In this document: piece by piece, positions 10,389-19,518 of the stretch | How positions within the stretch are numbered: the first letter of the stretch is position 1 | Layout: each line of letters opens with the position of its first letter | From: a bacterium | GTDB lineage: Bacteria; Bacillota; Clostridia; Lachnospirales; Lachnospiraceae | DNA length: 64,000 bases | NCBI GenBank assembly: GCA_963649335.1 | Contig: CAVJHG010000006.1 | Location: 8,062 to 72,061 of the forward strand | Direction: 5' to 3' | Program-made: the position numbers and the translations under genes | The notes under the pieces: generated by a model | Told to the model about the DNA's origin: nothing | Databases searched by the model: none | Seen by the model: the letters and a program-made list of their open reading frames with translations, nothing else

Positions 10389-11075
10389 ACCCTCATCCTC
10401 CTTTTCTTTAAAATGCTTCACACTGTCGGCAAGAGCCTTATAGTGCATCTTTTCTACATCCTTCTGATTAAAATCACTAATCAAACATCCTATCTTATCG
10501 TCACCCTTATACTGGCCATTAATATAAATAATGTGACTGCCATCACATACCGGTTGCATGGTCTCACTTATGTATCTATCTATGTGATACATAGGCAGCC
10601 CCAAGCCAAACATATCCTCGCTGTACATGAAGATGGTATAGGAATCCCTCATATCCTTATAAGCTTCGTTTACCTTTAGCATACGACTGTCCATCATAGC
10701 GCTGTTATAACGAGCTCTTCTGATATTAGCCCCTTCCCTGTTGCCTTGAACCTCTACATTTATAAAACGGCCGCCTTCATCCTTTGCAAAAATATCCAAC
10801 CTTATATTGCGTCCCTTTACTTTAGGCGACTTCATATCATACTGGCCTTTTGTGGTAATCACCTTAATATCTTGATCTAAAATTATAGACAGCAACAGCT
10901 CCGTGGCCTCTATATTTTTATCAAAAACCTTGCTCATAAGGTCATCATCAAAGAGCGTCATGTTAGCCAATATTTTTCTGACCTTTGCCTTCTCCGCATC
11001 GCTATTATAATCCAGGCTTTCTTCTGCTGATGCTAAGTTGGCTACAGAAACATTATTTAATTTTTCTTCTTTCAT
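10203..11075 (-). CDS. Rpn family / PD-(D/E)XK nuclease ('putative transposase')
   Basis: DDDLMSKVF, RNIRLDIFAKD...INVEVQ, RRARYN motifs; charged helical C-terminal tail. Confidence 0.85.
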   Translation of the reverse strand: MKEEKLNNVSVANLASAEESLDYNSDAEKAKVRKILANMTLFDDDLMSKVFDKNIEATELLLSIILDQDIKVITTKGQYDMKSPKVKGRNIRLDIFAKDEGGRFINVEVQGNREGANIRRARYNSAMMDSRMLKVNEAYKDMRDSYTIFMYSEDMFGLGLPMYHIDRYISETMQPVCDGSHIIYINGQYKGDDKIGCLISDFNQKDVEKMHYKALADSVKHFKEKEDEGMCDSVKAYGDEREARGKVSGEAQVIKKMKEKGLEAQQIADLIDKPVEEIEAILAGKIPELV

Positions 11076-11264
11076 AAATCTCCTAACTAAAATATAACAT
11101 TAAAGTAACAATTAATAAATGGAAATTATGGCGACACGCCAGAATGTCACAGAATGTGACCTGCTTATTTAAACATAGAAAATAAATATGTGCAAGATAT
11201 TTTTTAAGAATTAATCTATCCATCTCCACCAATATTCAAAGGAGCGCTATCTAACCCTTCTAAT

Positions 11265-11312
11265 TAAAAAGCTGAAGCCAAACTCCGTATCTGCACGAAG
11301 CTTTGACTTCAG
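11265..11312 (-). terminator. Intrinsic terminator after GT2 gene
   Basis: Minus-strand hairpin CUGAAGUCAAAGCUUCGU/ACGGAGUUUGGCUUCAG with G-U pairs, followed by a U-tract. Confidence 0.6.
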
Positions 11313-11355
11313 CCGTAATGACTTCAAAAGCACGCAAAGCGTCCTTCTAATAATT

Positions 11356-12372
11356 TTAGTTAAATCCCACAATCTTCTGAGAAATCTTATAAAGCGATAT
11401 GGATATGGCCCTGCCTCCTCTGCCAGGCAAGTTAGTAGTAGCACACATAAGACCATAGCGAAGCTTCTTATACAGATAGGTGTCCTGAGACTTGATGTAG
11501 CGCCACAGCTCACGCCGCTTAGCCTGGTGCTCCTTAGTGCCTGACTTCATAAGAAGAACCGTGGAGATAACTGTAATCATCTCCAGATAGTTGAACATAT
11601 ACTTTTTCACATGCTCATTTTTAATGTTCTTATAATCATAGGCTTCAAGCATAAGCTTATTGACCTTAATCTGCTGGTCAATGCGGCTTATCATAATCTT
11701 TTCGTTGACAGACTGGTCCTCCCGGCCTATGTAGTAGCGATAAAAATCTACTGGCAAATAATAGAGCTTTTTAACATAAGGCAATGGATAAAATACATAG
11801 AGATTATCCACATAAAAGGTATGCTTTGGCAGCTCAAGCCCACAGTCACGAAGAAGCTTGGTGCGATATATGACTGAGTGCATCAATATGTACTGACCCT
11901 TGTGCCAATGACCACAATCATCCCAGGTAAAGTATTTATTCTCTGGCAGGTTGGAATAAGACATAACCTTCTTGTGATGTGCTCCCTCCTTGTCATAGAC
12001 ATAGTTGGATATGAGCATATCCAGGCCTGTATTATTTTCTACTGCCTGACGAAGCACATGCAATACCTTATCGTAGGCCTCCTCATCTACCCAGTCATCA
12101 GAGTCTACTACCTTGAAAAAGAGTCCAGTAGCATTTTTCAAGCCAGTATTAACAGCCTGGCCATGGCCACCATTTTCCTGGTGTACAGCCTTGATAATGG
12201 TAGGGTGCTCAGCCGCTAAGCGATCTGCTATCTCTGCAGTGTTGTCCTTGACAGAGCCATCATCCACTATAATTATCTCGACGTCCTCGCCTCCGTGTAA
12301 AAGAGTCTCCACACAGTGCTCCATATATGCTGCTGAGTTGTAGCATGGCACGGCAAAAGAAAGTAATTTCAT
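11356..12372 (-). CDS. Glycosyltransferase family 2
   Basis: SFAVPCYN, IIVDDGS, NGGHGQAVNTG, VDSDD motifs; start at ATG 12372 with GAGGTG RBS. Confidence 0.9.
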   Translation of the reverse strand: MKLLSFAVPCYNSAAYMEHCVETLLHGGEDVEIIIVDDGSVKDNTAEIADRLAAEHPTIIKAVHQENGGHGQAVNTGLKNATGLFFKVVDSDDWVDEEAYDKVLHVLRQAVENNTGLDMLISNYVYDKEGAHHKKVMSYSNLPENKYFTWDDCGHWHKGQYILMHSVIYRTKLLRDCGLELPKHTFYVDNLYVFYPLPYVKKLYYLPVDFYRYYIGREDQSVNEKIMISRIDQQIKVNKLMLEAYDYKNIKNEHVKKYMFNYLEMITVISTVLLMKSGTKEHQAKRRELWRYIKSQDTYLYKKLRYGLMCATTNLPGRGGRAISISLYKISQKIVGFN

Positions 12373-12395
12373 AAAACCCACCTCATAATAATCTT

Positions 12396-12426
12396 AAAAA
12401 AAGCAGGAACGGTTTCCCGCTCCTGC
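12396..12426 (-). terminator. Intrinsic terminator after membrane GH3
   Basis: GCAGGAGCGG-GAAA-CCGTTCCTGC followed by U7 on the minus strand. Confidence 0.8.
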
Positions 12427-12468
12427 CAAAACCTTTTTGATTTTAACAAATTAGTAGCTAATCTTCAA

Positions 12469-15417
12469 CTACTCCTCTGCCTTTGGTGTAGTATCTGCCA
12501 CTGCTTCTACTACTACTGTCTCCTTTCTTGCTGCAAGAAACTTCTTAATAGCTCTTACCTCAAGAAGGATGATGATAAGTGCGAGGATTACATCTACTAC
12601 ATAAATAGCAATCTTCCATGCTGGGATGCTGTTGTCAACATCTGATGCATAGGCACGGCTGTTAACTGTTGTGTAAAGAATATTGTGAGCTGCTGTTCTC
12701 ATAGCCTGTACAGATGTAGCAGATGTAGTATCTGTTACTACACTGAACTCTGTATCGTATGTAGCAAGCATGAGGTCACAACCGCCACGAATCATTCTGT
12801 CGGCATCCTGGTAACCATAACCACCAAAGTAGTCTGTCTCAGCAAGACCTCTGAAGCCCCACTCATCGCGTAATACTGTGTTGAGAAGTGCGCTGCATGA
12901 CTCAGCTGGCTCTGTACCAATATTGTTGAAGGCAACCATTGTTGCAGCTGGATCAGAATTCTTAAATGTAATCTCAAATGACTTGAGATAAATCTCACGC
13001 ATAGACTGCTCATTGAGCCATGTGCAAAGGAAATTTGTTCTGTTAGTCTCCTGATCGTTTGTTGCAAAGTGCTTTACATAAGAGTATACGCCATACTCTC
13101 TTGCTCCGTTAGAAGCAGAAGCTGCCATCCAACCTGCAAGAACACCATCCTCTGAGTAGTACTCAAAGTTACGTCCACCAAAAGCTGAACGATGTGTGTT
13201 AGTAGCTGGTGCATACCAACCAGATACATCCATCTCGTCTGCCATCTTACCGATTGACTGACCAAATGCTGTAGCCATGTCCTTGTTCCATGTGCAGGCA
13301 ATCATAACTGCTGCTGGGAAACCGATAGATCCCTGGCCTGTAAAGTTATTGTTAATAGAAGCAGGACCATCACAGTCATAGGTCATAACCTTGCCGATAG
13401 AATCAACTGCTGCTGTCTCGTAACCACCGTGAGCAATGAGGTTGTTCATATCATCAACTGTAAGCTCATCGAGAAGTGAATCCCACATAGGATCATCATA
13501 ATCAAGACCTCTCAGCTCTGCAAGCTGGATTCCGTTCTTAGCACCTGTAGTTGGCATTTCATCAGAATCATCATTGTAGTCTGTTGGGTCATAGTTTGTT
13601 GCGTTGAAATATGTAGCCTTGTCAGCATCTGACATCTCAAAGTTTGTAGGTGCTGCTGTAGCCTCTGCATAGTTTGCAAATCCATCTGCACGTGAAAGGT
13701 ATGTTACATCACCCTCTGCAAATGAGAACTGATTTGTAGCTGCTACATCATCAGACTCACGCTTGTTGTTAGCATCATAAGTAATAGTATCTGCTACTGT
13801 AACTACGTCAGAAGCAATCTTGTTGTGTGAATCAGAATTGATAGAGATCTGATAGTCACCAGCCTCAAGTACATAGCAGCCAGCGCCGTATGTATCATAT
13901 GAAGCCATGTCCTCAAGTGCAAATGAAATAGATACTACCTCAGAAGCACCTGGCTCAAGTGTTGCAGTCTTCTCAAATGCAATGAGGTTTGCTGCAGATT
14001 TTTCGATGCCGCCATTGGTGTAAGGTGGGTTGTAGTATACTTCTACAACATCCTTACCAGCTACATCGCCAGTATTTGTTACTGTTACATCAAATGATAC
14101 GGTTGTACCGTCATTTGAGATAGGGCCCATCTCCTGAGAGAATGTGGTGTAAGAAAGACCATATCCAAATGGATATACTACTGTAGAGTCATAATCAAAC
14201 TCCATGTTGCCAGCCTCTGCCTCAGCAGCTGCTGTCTCATAATAACGATAACCTACATAGATGCCCTCTACATAGTTTACAAATGTAGGAGTTGCCATGC
14301 CGTTTTCTGCGAACATGTTCTCATATGCGAACTCGTCAGCATTGGTGTAATCGAAATCACCAAAGTTGTTTGCTGTAGGTGTAGCAAGAAGATCAGCTAC
14401 AAATGTATCAGCTGTCTTACCTGAAGGGTTAACCTGACCTGCAAGAATCTCGCCAAGTCCAACGAAACCTGTCTGGCCTGTACCTGGGCAGTAGATAACT
14501 GACTTGATTTGTGAGTAATCATTTACAAAGCCAAGCTCCATAGCGTTTGCTGAGTTAACGATTACAATTACATTATCATAATCAGAAGTAACCTGATTAA
14601 GAAGTGCTGTCTCTCTGTTTGAAAGCTCAAGATATGACTTTGAAGCATCAAGGTCATCTGCCTGATCAGAGTAACGAACACCTGTTGAGCCGAACATACC
14701 GCCCTCAGCAAGGGTCTCCTCGCCGTCGTAGCTCTGTGGAAGATCAGCTCCCTCACCACCTGAACGAGCGATAAAGAAAATAGCTGTATCTGAGTAGCTC
14801 TTTGCTGACTCAAAAAGATCACCATACTCATCAATAGTAGGCTCTGGAATAGTCCAGTCCTGACCCATCATACCAACTGAAGGTCTTGTGTCTCTCCATG
14901 ATGTATAGAAATCTGTAAGATCTGTATTGTACTCGATACCTGCCTCAGTAAGTCCATCAAGGAAGGTTGTTGTAGGGTAAGCATCTGAAAGTGCTCCAGA
15001 ACCTGTACCACCATATACTGGGTTAGTTGATGACCAACCAAATACATTAACCTTGGCACCTGATGCAAGTGGAAGTGTTGAAGCATCGTTCTTTAAAAGA
15101 ACAATACCTTCCTCTGCAATCTCTGTACACAGGGCCTTAGCCTCCTCTGATGTTTCATCAGAGATCTTTCCATCACCCATGGCCATGGAAATCATCTGGT
15201 ACATAGGACCAAATACAATTGTATTAACTACAATTACTGCTACAAGGAAGAAAGCCAGCCAAGACTCTCTTCTGATAAAGCTCTTTAATGGCTTCTTGAT
15301 TTTGATAGCCACGATTGTAAGTACAATCGCAAGAGCAAGGAAGATACCAAGGACAATAAGCTGTGTCTTCATGGTATCAAGGACGCTGATGACGTCCGCG
15401 ATGTTAATTGATAACAT
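12469..15417 (-). CDS. Membrane-anchored GH3 beta-glycosidase with permuted domain order
   Basis: Two N-terminal TMs, then EGIVLLKN (sandwich domain), YPFGYGLSYT/FnIII, then the barrel with DGPA, GRNFEYYSED, KHF, ETDY; C-terminal TM. Confidence 0.9.
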   Translation of the reverse strand: MLSINIADVISVLDTMKTQLIVLGIFLALAIVLTIVAIKIKKPLKSFIRRESWLAFFLVAVIVVNTIVFGPMYQMISMAMGDGKISDETSEEAKALCTEIAEEGIVLLKNDASTLPLASGAKVNVFGWSSTNPVYGGTGSGALSDAYPTTTFLDGLTEAGIEYNTDLTDFYTSWRDTRPSVGMMGQDWTIPEPTIDEYGDLFESAKSYSDTAIFFIARSGGEGADLPQSYDGEETLAEGGMFGSTGVRYSDQADDLDASKSYLELSNRETALLNQVTSDYDNVIVIVNSANAMELGFVNDYSQIKSVIYCPGTGQTGFVGLGEILAGQVNPSGKTADTFVADLLATPTANNFGDFDYTNADEFAYENMFAENGMATPTFVNYVEGIYVGYRYYETAAAEAEAGNMEFDYDSTVVYPFGYGLSYTTFSQEMGPISNDGTTVSFDVTVTNTGDVAGKDVVEVYYNPPYTNGGIEKSAANLIAFEKTATLEPGASEVVSISFALEDMASYDTYGAGCYVLEAGDYQISINSDSHNKIASDVVTVADTITYDANNKRESDDVAATNQFSFAEGDVTYLSRADGFANYAEATAAPTNFEMSDADKATYFNATNYDPTDYNDDSDEMPTTGAKNGIQLAELRGLDYDDPMWDSLLDELTVDDMNNLIAHGGYETAAVDSIGKVMTYDCDGPASINNNFTGQGSIGFPAAVMIACTWNKDMATAFGQSIGKMADEMDVSGWYAPATNTHRSAFGGRNFEYYSEDGVLAGWMAASASNGAREYGVYSYVKHFATNDQETNRTNFLCTWLNEQSMREIYLKSFEITFKNSDPAATMVAFNNIGTEPAESCSALLNTVLRDEWGFRGLAETDYFGGYGYQDADRMIRGGCDLMLATYDTEFSVVTDTTSATSVQAMRTAAHNILYTTVNSRAYASDVDNSIPAWKIAIYVVDVILALIIILLEVRAIKKFLAARKETVVVEAVADTTPKAEE

Positions 15418-15533
15418 TCTCTCTTCTCCTCCTTATTATAAATAAATAGGGTCTATCTAAAGGGGTATAGGGGGCCCCATCAGATCTTTTTAATTGACTG
15501 GTGCCAAAAGCCACCAATCCTTGAGGCCCAAGC

Positions 15534-16094
15534 TTAAGCCTCAGCCTTTGGTGTTTCTGGGAATATAATCTTGTTAACGAAGAAAAATACTACCATGGAT
15601 ACACCACCATTAAGTACTGTAGTACCGATATTGTAGATCCAGTCAGGAACAAGAAGTCCTGCTACTGCAACCCATACACAATTGATTGAGTTAACTATAC
15701 AGGTGATAATACAAAAGGCAACTACATACCATGCTACCTGCTTTCCTGTATTACCGTGGCTGCGGAATACGAAAAGCTTCTGAATAGGGAAGTTTATACA
15801 CTCACCTACTATCATGGCTACCATATAGGCTGTAAAATATGCCAAACCGCCATGAGCCTGATCATAACCTAAAATATTCCACTGGAAGGTCTCTCCAAAA
15901 AGAGTAACTGGAATACCTGGCCAGCCAAAGGATCTGTCTCCAAGTCCTGCAAAGGCATATGGTAAAAACTGAAGCATAAAGTACTTAAGTACTGTAATGA
16001 GGTTGGAAACTATAACAAAGAGTCCACCTTCTCTTACCCATTTTGCAAGCTTTGGATTTTTTTCAACAAAATCATTCCAAATTTTCAATATCAT
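15534..16094 (-). CDS. GtrA-like four-TM membrane protein
   Basis: Four hydrophobic segments, 'INFPIQKLFVFRS' and 'FFVNKIIF' resemble the GtrA family; start ATG 16094 with GGAGGA RBS. Confidence 0.55.
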   Translation of the reverse strand: MILKIWNDFVEKNPKLAKWVREGGLFVIVSNLITVLKYFMLQFLPYAFAGLGDRSFGWPGIPVTLFGETFQWNILGYDQAHGGLAYFTAYMVAMIVGECINFPIQKLFVFRSHGNTGKQVAWYVVAFCIITCIVNSINCVWVAVAGLLVPDWIYNIGTTVLNGGVSMVVFFFVNKIIFPETPKAEA

Positions 16095-16213
16095 TCCTCC
16101 TTTTTTTTCATGTACTCTTGCGTTTTCCTTAAAACAAATCATTTAGAAGCTTCCAAAAGTACATTATCACCTCAAGCTGCTCTCTCTAGTGAAGCAGGTG
16201 CTTGATGGGGATT

Positions 16214-18568
16214 TTACTGCTGTCCCTTCAGCTGCTGCTCATACTTTTTATTGGCAGAGCTGTTTTTGAAAAAGCCGCTGATAAGGCCACCAAGGCCCTT
16301 GAAGAAGTGACCGTTGGCAATATCTACGATAGAATCAACCATTGCCTCTGATACCATACCACCGCTCATCTTACACATAGCTCTGAATGGCATGTTGTAG
16401 ATAAACATGATATTGAGATCTGGGATTCCCTTTTCATATGACTGGTCTAGCTTTTTCTTAAGTATCTTGTATATAAGTCTGCAAAGACCGCTCTTGGCAT
16501 CCTTCATCTGACACAGGGCATCGTTTGGAACGAGAGCACCTGTTTTTTCCTCTGGTAAAATGCCACCGTAAAGAAGCTCAAACTCCTCATAGTGAACATT
16601 TCTCACCTTTCCTGACTTGTAGTTTGGCAGCTTATCGATATCGTAAGCATACTGGTCGCAGGTACCTGTCTTGCTTACCTGCCCTGTCAGCTTAATATCG
16701 GCTGAGCTGGCACCAACATAGATGTCATATGTACCAGCCTCTGTCTCCCAGGCATTTGTCACTGTAGAAAAATAACGGAAGGTCTTGTCATCAAATGGAA
16801 TCTCTACCTCTGCTGACTGTCCTGCCTTTATCCATACCTTCTTGAAGCCCTTCAGCTCCTTTCTAGGACGAATAATGTGTGAGTTCTTAAGGCCGACATA
16901 GAGCTGAGCTATCTCTGCTCCATCTCTGTCGCCAGTATTTGTAATAGTAAACTTGACACCTGTATCTGTAACAGTAAGGCCTGAATACTCAAAAGTAGTG
17001 TAAGAAAGACCATATCCAAATGGGAACTGAACTGCCACATCTGCTGTGTCATAATAGCGATAGCCGATAAATGGTCCCTCACGGTACTGAACGTTTCTTC
17101 TCTCCTCACCAGAGTAGTTGAACATTGAGCAATCTGCATATGCAAATGGATAAGACTCAGACAGCTTACCTGTAGGTATCTCCTTGCCACAAATAATATC
17201 AAGAAGAGCTGACGCTCCTGCCTGTCCTGTAAGGTATCCGTGTAGAAGTGCCTGCAGGCTGTCAATCCAAGGCATCTTTACTGCTGAACCTGCACTCATG
17301 ACACCAACCACATGCTTGTGTGTCTTGGCTATAGTCTCAAGCTCCTTGATCTGATAATCTGGCACATCCATGTTCATTCTGTCTGCGCCCTCAGACTCTG
17401 CTATCTCATCAAGTCCAAAGAAGTAAAGAACAACATCAGCATCCTTTGTATCCTCAACTACTGTAAGATCGTAGTTTTTGATTTCACCTGCAATAGTCTC
17501 TACCTTAGTACTATTAACCTGAGAAGATCCTGATCCCTGGTAACGAGGCTTATTTACAAATGGTCCTCTCAAGGCTACCTTTGTGCCTGCAGTAAGAGGA
17601 AGAATATTCTCATCATTTTTGAGAAGTACTGCTGAATTAAGGGCAGCCTTTTTTGCAATGGCGTGATGAGCATCCTTGTCAAAGCCCTGGCTGTGGTCGT
17701 TATCCTTCATGTATATGGCAGCCTCAATAAGAGGTGTGATTGCTGTATCTATCTCTGCCTCGGTGATAATGCCATCCTCTACTGACTTGAGAATGCCTCT
17801 GGCTGAATCAAGACCTGGATTTGGCATTTCCACGTTAGATTGGCACTTGGCACCTGCTGTGTGGTCGTTGCTGGCACCCCAGTCGGTAACTACCATGCCA
17901 TCGAAGCCCCACTCATTTCTCAATATATCTACCAAAAGGTGCTTATTTTCATTGGCGTATGTGCCATTGACTTCGTTGTAGGAAGACATGATGCACTTGG
18001 CACCGCCTTCTTTTACAGCAATTTCAAAGGCTGTCAGGTAAATCTCACGCATGGTGCGCTCATCTACAACAGCATTCATTGCCATACGTCTGTACTCACG
18101 AGAATTAACTGCAAAATGCTTTGGGCAAGAGTAAACATGCTTGCTCTGGATTCCTCTGATATACGAAGCAGCCATCTTGCCTGCAAGGATTGGATCCTCG
18201 CTGAAATACTCAAAGTTACGTCCGCAAAGTGGTGAACGCTTCATGTTAAGACCAGGGCCAAGAACTACGTCTACCTTCTGGGCTAAAGCCTCTTGACCAA
18301 GAGCCTGACCTATCATCTCTCCGATAGACTCATCCCAGCTGTTTGCTACAGTAGCTGCTGTAGGAAAGCATGTAGCTGGAAGTGATGCATTAAGTCCCAA
18401 ATGATCTCCTGCCCCCTCCTGGCGACGAAGACCGTGAGGTCCATCAGAAAATGTAACAGACTGAATTCCCAAACGTGGAATATCACGAGATTCCCACTCA
18501 TTTTTACCGCTTAGTAAAGCTGCCTTCTCCTCTAAAGTAAGCTTTTCAATAATATCTTGTGCTTTCAT
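16214..18568 (-). CDS. Cytoplasmic GH3 beta-glucosidase (BglX-like)
   Basis: SDGPHGLR, CGRNFEYFSEDP, KHF, VTDW nucleophile, FPFGYGLSYT; no signal peptide. Confidence 0.92.
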   Translation of the reverse strand: MKAQDIIEKLTLEEKAALLSGKNEWESRDIPRLGIQSVTFSDGPHGLRRQEGAGDHLGLNASLPATCFPTAATVANSWDESIGEMIGQALGQEALAQKVDVVLGPGLNMKRSPLCGRNFEYFSEDPILAGKMAASYIRGIQSKHVYSCPKHFAVNSREYRRMAMNAVVDERTMREIYLTAFEIAVKEGGAKCIMSSYNEVNGTYANENKHLLVDILRNEWGFDGMVVTDWGASNDHTAGAKCQSNVEMPNPGLDSARGILKSVEDGIITEAEIDTAITPLIEAAIYMKDNDHSQGFDKDAHHAIAKKAALNSAVLLKNDENILPLTAGTKVALRGPFVNKPRYQGSGSSQVNSTKVETIAGEIKNYDLTVVEDTKDADVVLYFFGLDEIAESEGADRMNMDVPDYQIKELETIAKTHKHVVGVMSAGSAVKMPWIDSLQALLHGYLTGQAGASALLDIICGKEIPTGKLSESYPFAYADCSMFNYSGEERRNVQYREGPFIGYRYYDTADVAVQFPFGYGLSYTTFEYSGLTVTDTGVKFTITNTGDRDGAEIAQLYVGLKNSHIIRPRKELKGFKKVWIKAGQSAEVEIPFDDKTFRYFSTVTNAWETEAGTYDIYVGASSADIKLTGQVSKTGTCDQYAYDIDKLPNYKSGKVRNVHYEEFELLYGGILPEEKTGALVPNDALCQMKDAKSGLCRLIYKILKKKLDQSYEKGIPDLNIMFIYNMPFRAMCKMSGGMVSEAMVDSIVDIANGHFFKGLGGLISGFFKNSSANKKYEQQLKGQQ

Positions 18569-18626
18569 ATCGTCCTCCGTTTTGATATTTTATTTATATC
18601 ACTTTAAAAAAATTATTTTTCACAAA

Positions 18627-18659
18627 AAGGACAACTTGTCGTTTTTCAAGGATATCTTG
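18627..18659. promoter_or_regulatory. Candidate LytTR binding boxes (direct repeat, period 21)
   Basis: aaggacaacttg (18627) and aaggatatcttg (18648) in the divergent GH3/LytTR intergenic region. Confidence 0.55.
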
Positions 18660-18711
18660 CAAATGTGAATCTCATCTTTTAACTTCCACTGAAATATGCT
18701 ATTTTAAAAAC

Positions 18712-19416
18712 ATGATTAATATATGTATTGTTGAAGACGAAATTGAACAGGCAAATTTACTGAGGGATTACATCAAGCACTTTGCCACAGATTCCGGTGT
18801 CGACATAAATGTGGACCACCTTTTAGACGGCATTGATTTGGTGGATGGCTACGATGGCAGCTACGACATTATTCTTCTGGACATCCAGATGAAGCACTTG
18901 GATGGTATGGCAGCTGCCGAGAAAATCCGCGCCTTGGATTCTGATGTAATTATTATTTTTATTACCTCTACGGTCCAGTATGCTGTCCAGGGCTATGCAG
19001 TAGATGCCTTAGGCTATGTCCTTAAGCCTGTGCCATACACAGCCTTTGCCCAGCTTATGGAAAAAGCCATCAGCCGTGTCAAAGCCAAACAGACCCACAT
19101 CTATATCAAGGTGACTGTCAACGATCGTCAGCTGAAGCTTGACTGCTCTTCCATCTCCTACATAGAAAGCTCTCGCAACAATGTTATTTTGCATTGCGTT
19201 GACCAGGACTATGTGACAGCTGGTCCTTTGAAAAAATATGAGGAGATGTTGAGCTCCCAGGGCTTTAGCAAGTGCCACAATGCCTACATTGTCAATCTTT
19301 CCTATGTACAGGCTGTACAAAAGGAAGAGGTAGTTCTTACTACAGGCTTGTCTCTCCCTATCAGTCGCGCCCGAAAAAAGGACTTTATGGCAGCCCTGGC
19401 CCAGGATATATTATAA
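18712..19416 (+). CDS. LytTR-family response regulator
   Basis: REC domain (VED, LLDIQM, KP) plus LytTR domain (ISYIES, FSKCHNAYIVNL, LPISR). Confidence 0.93.
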   Translation: MINICIVEDEIEQANLLRDYIKHFATDSGVDINVDHLLDGIDLVDGYDGSYDIILLDIQMKHLDGMAAAEKIRALDSDVIIIFITSTVQYAVQGYAVDALGYVLKPVPYTAFAQLMEKAISRVKAKQTHIYIKVTVNDRQLKLDCSSISYIESSRNNVILHCVDQDYVTAGPLKKYEEMLSSQGFSKCHNAYIVNLSYVQAVQKEEVVLTTGLSLPISRARKKDFMAALAQDIL

Positions 19417-19432
19417 TTTTACTTAATAATCC

Positions 19433-19464
19433 ACTGGCTTCAGGCAAATTATCCTGAAGCCAGT
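19433..19464 (+). terminator. 12-bp perfect hairpin between response regulator and kinase
   Basis: actggcttcagg / cctgaagccagt with a short U-rich tail. Confidence 0.45.
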
Positions 19465-19518
19465 TTATATCTGCAGATCAGTCGTCAGCAGACTCAATAT
19501 TTTTATTAAGAGGTTACT

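Noticed and set aside
10203..11075. Rpn gene as an IS element
   Set aside because: No terminal inverted repeats or target duplication seen; the family is not shown to be a true transposase.
11129..11160. Short palindromes and a CAGAATGT repeat upstream of rpn
   Set aside because: Too short to distinguish from chance.
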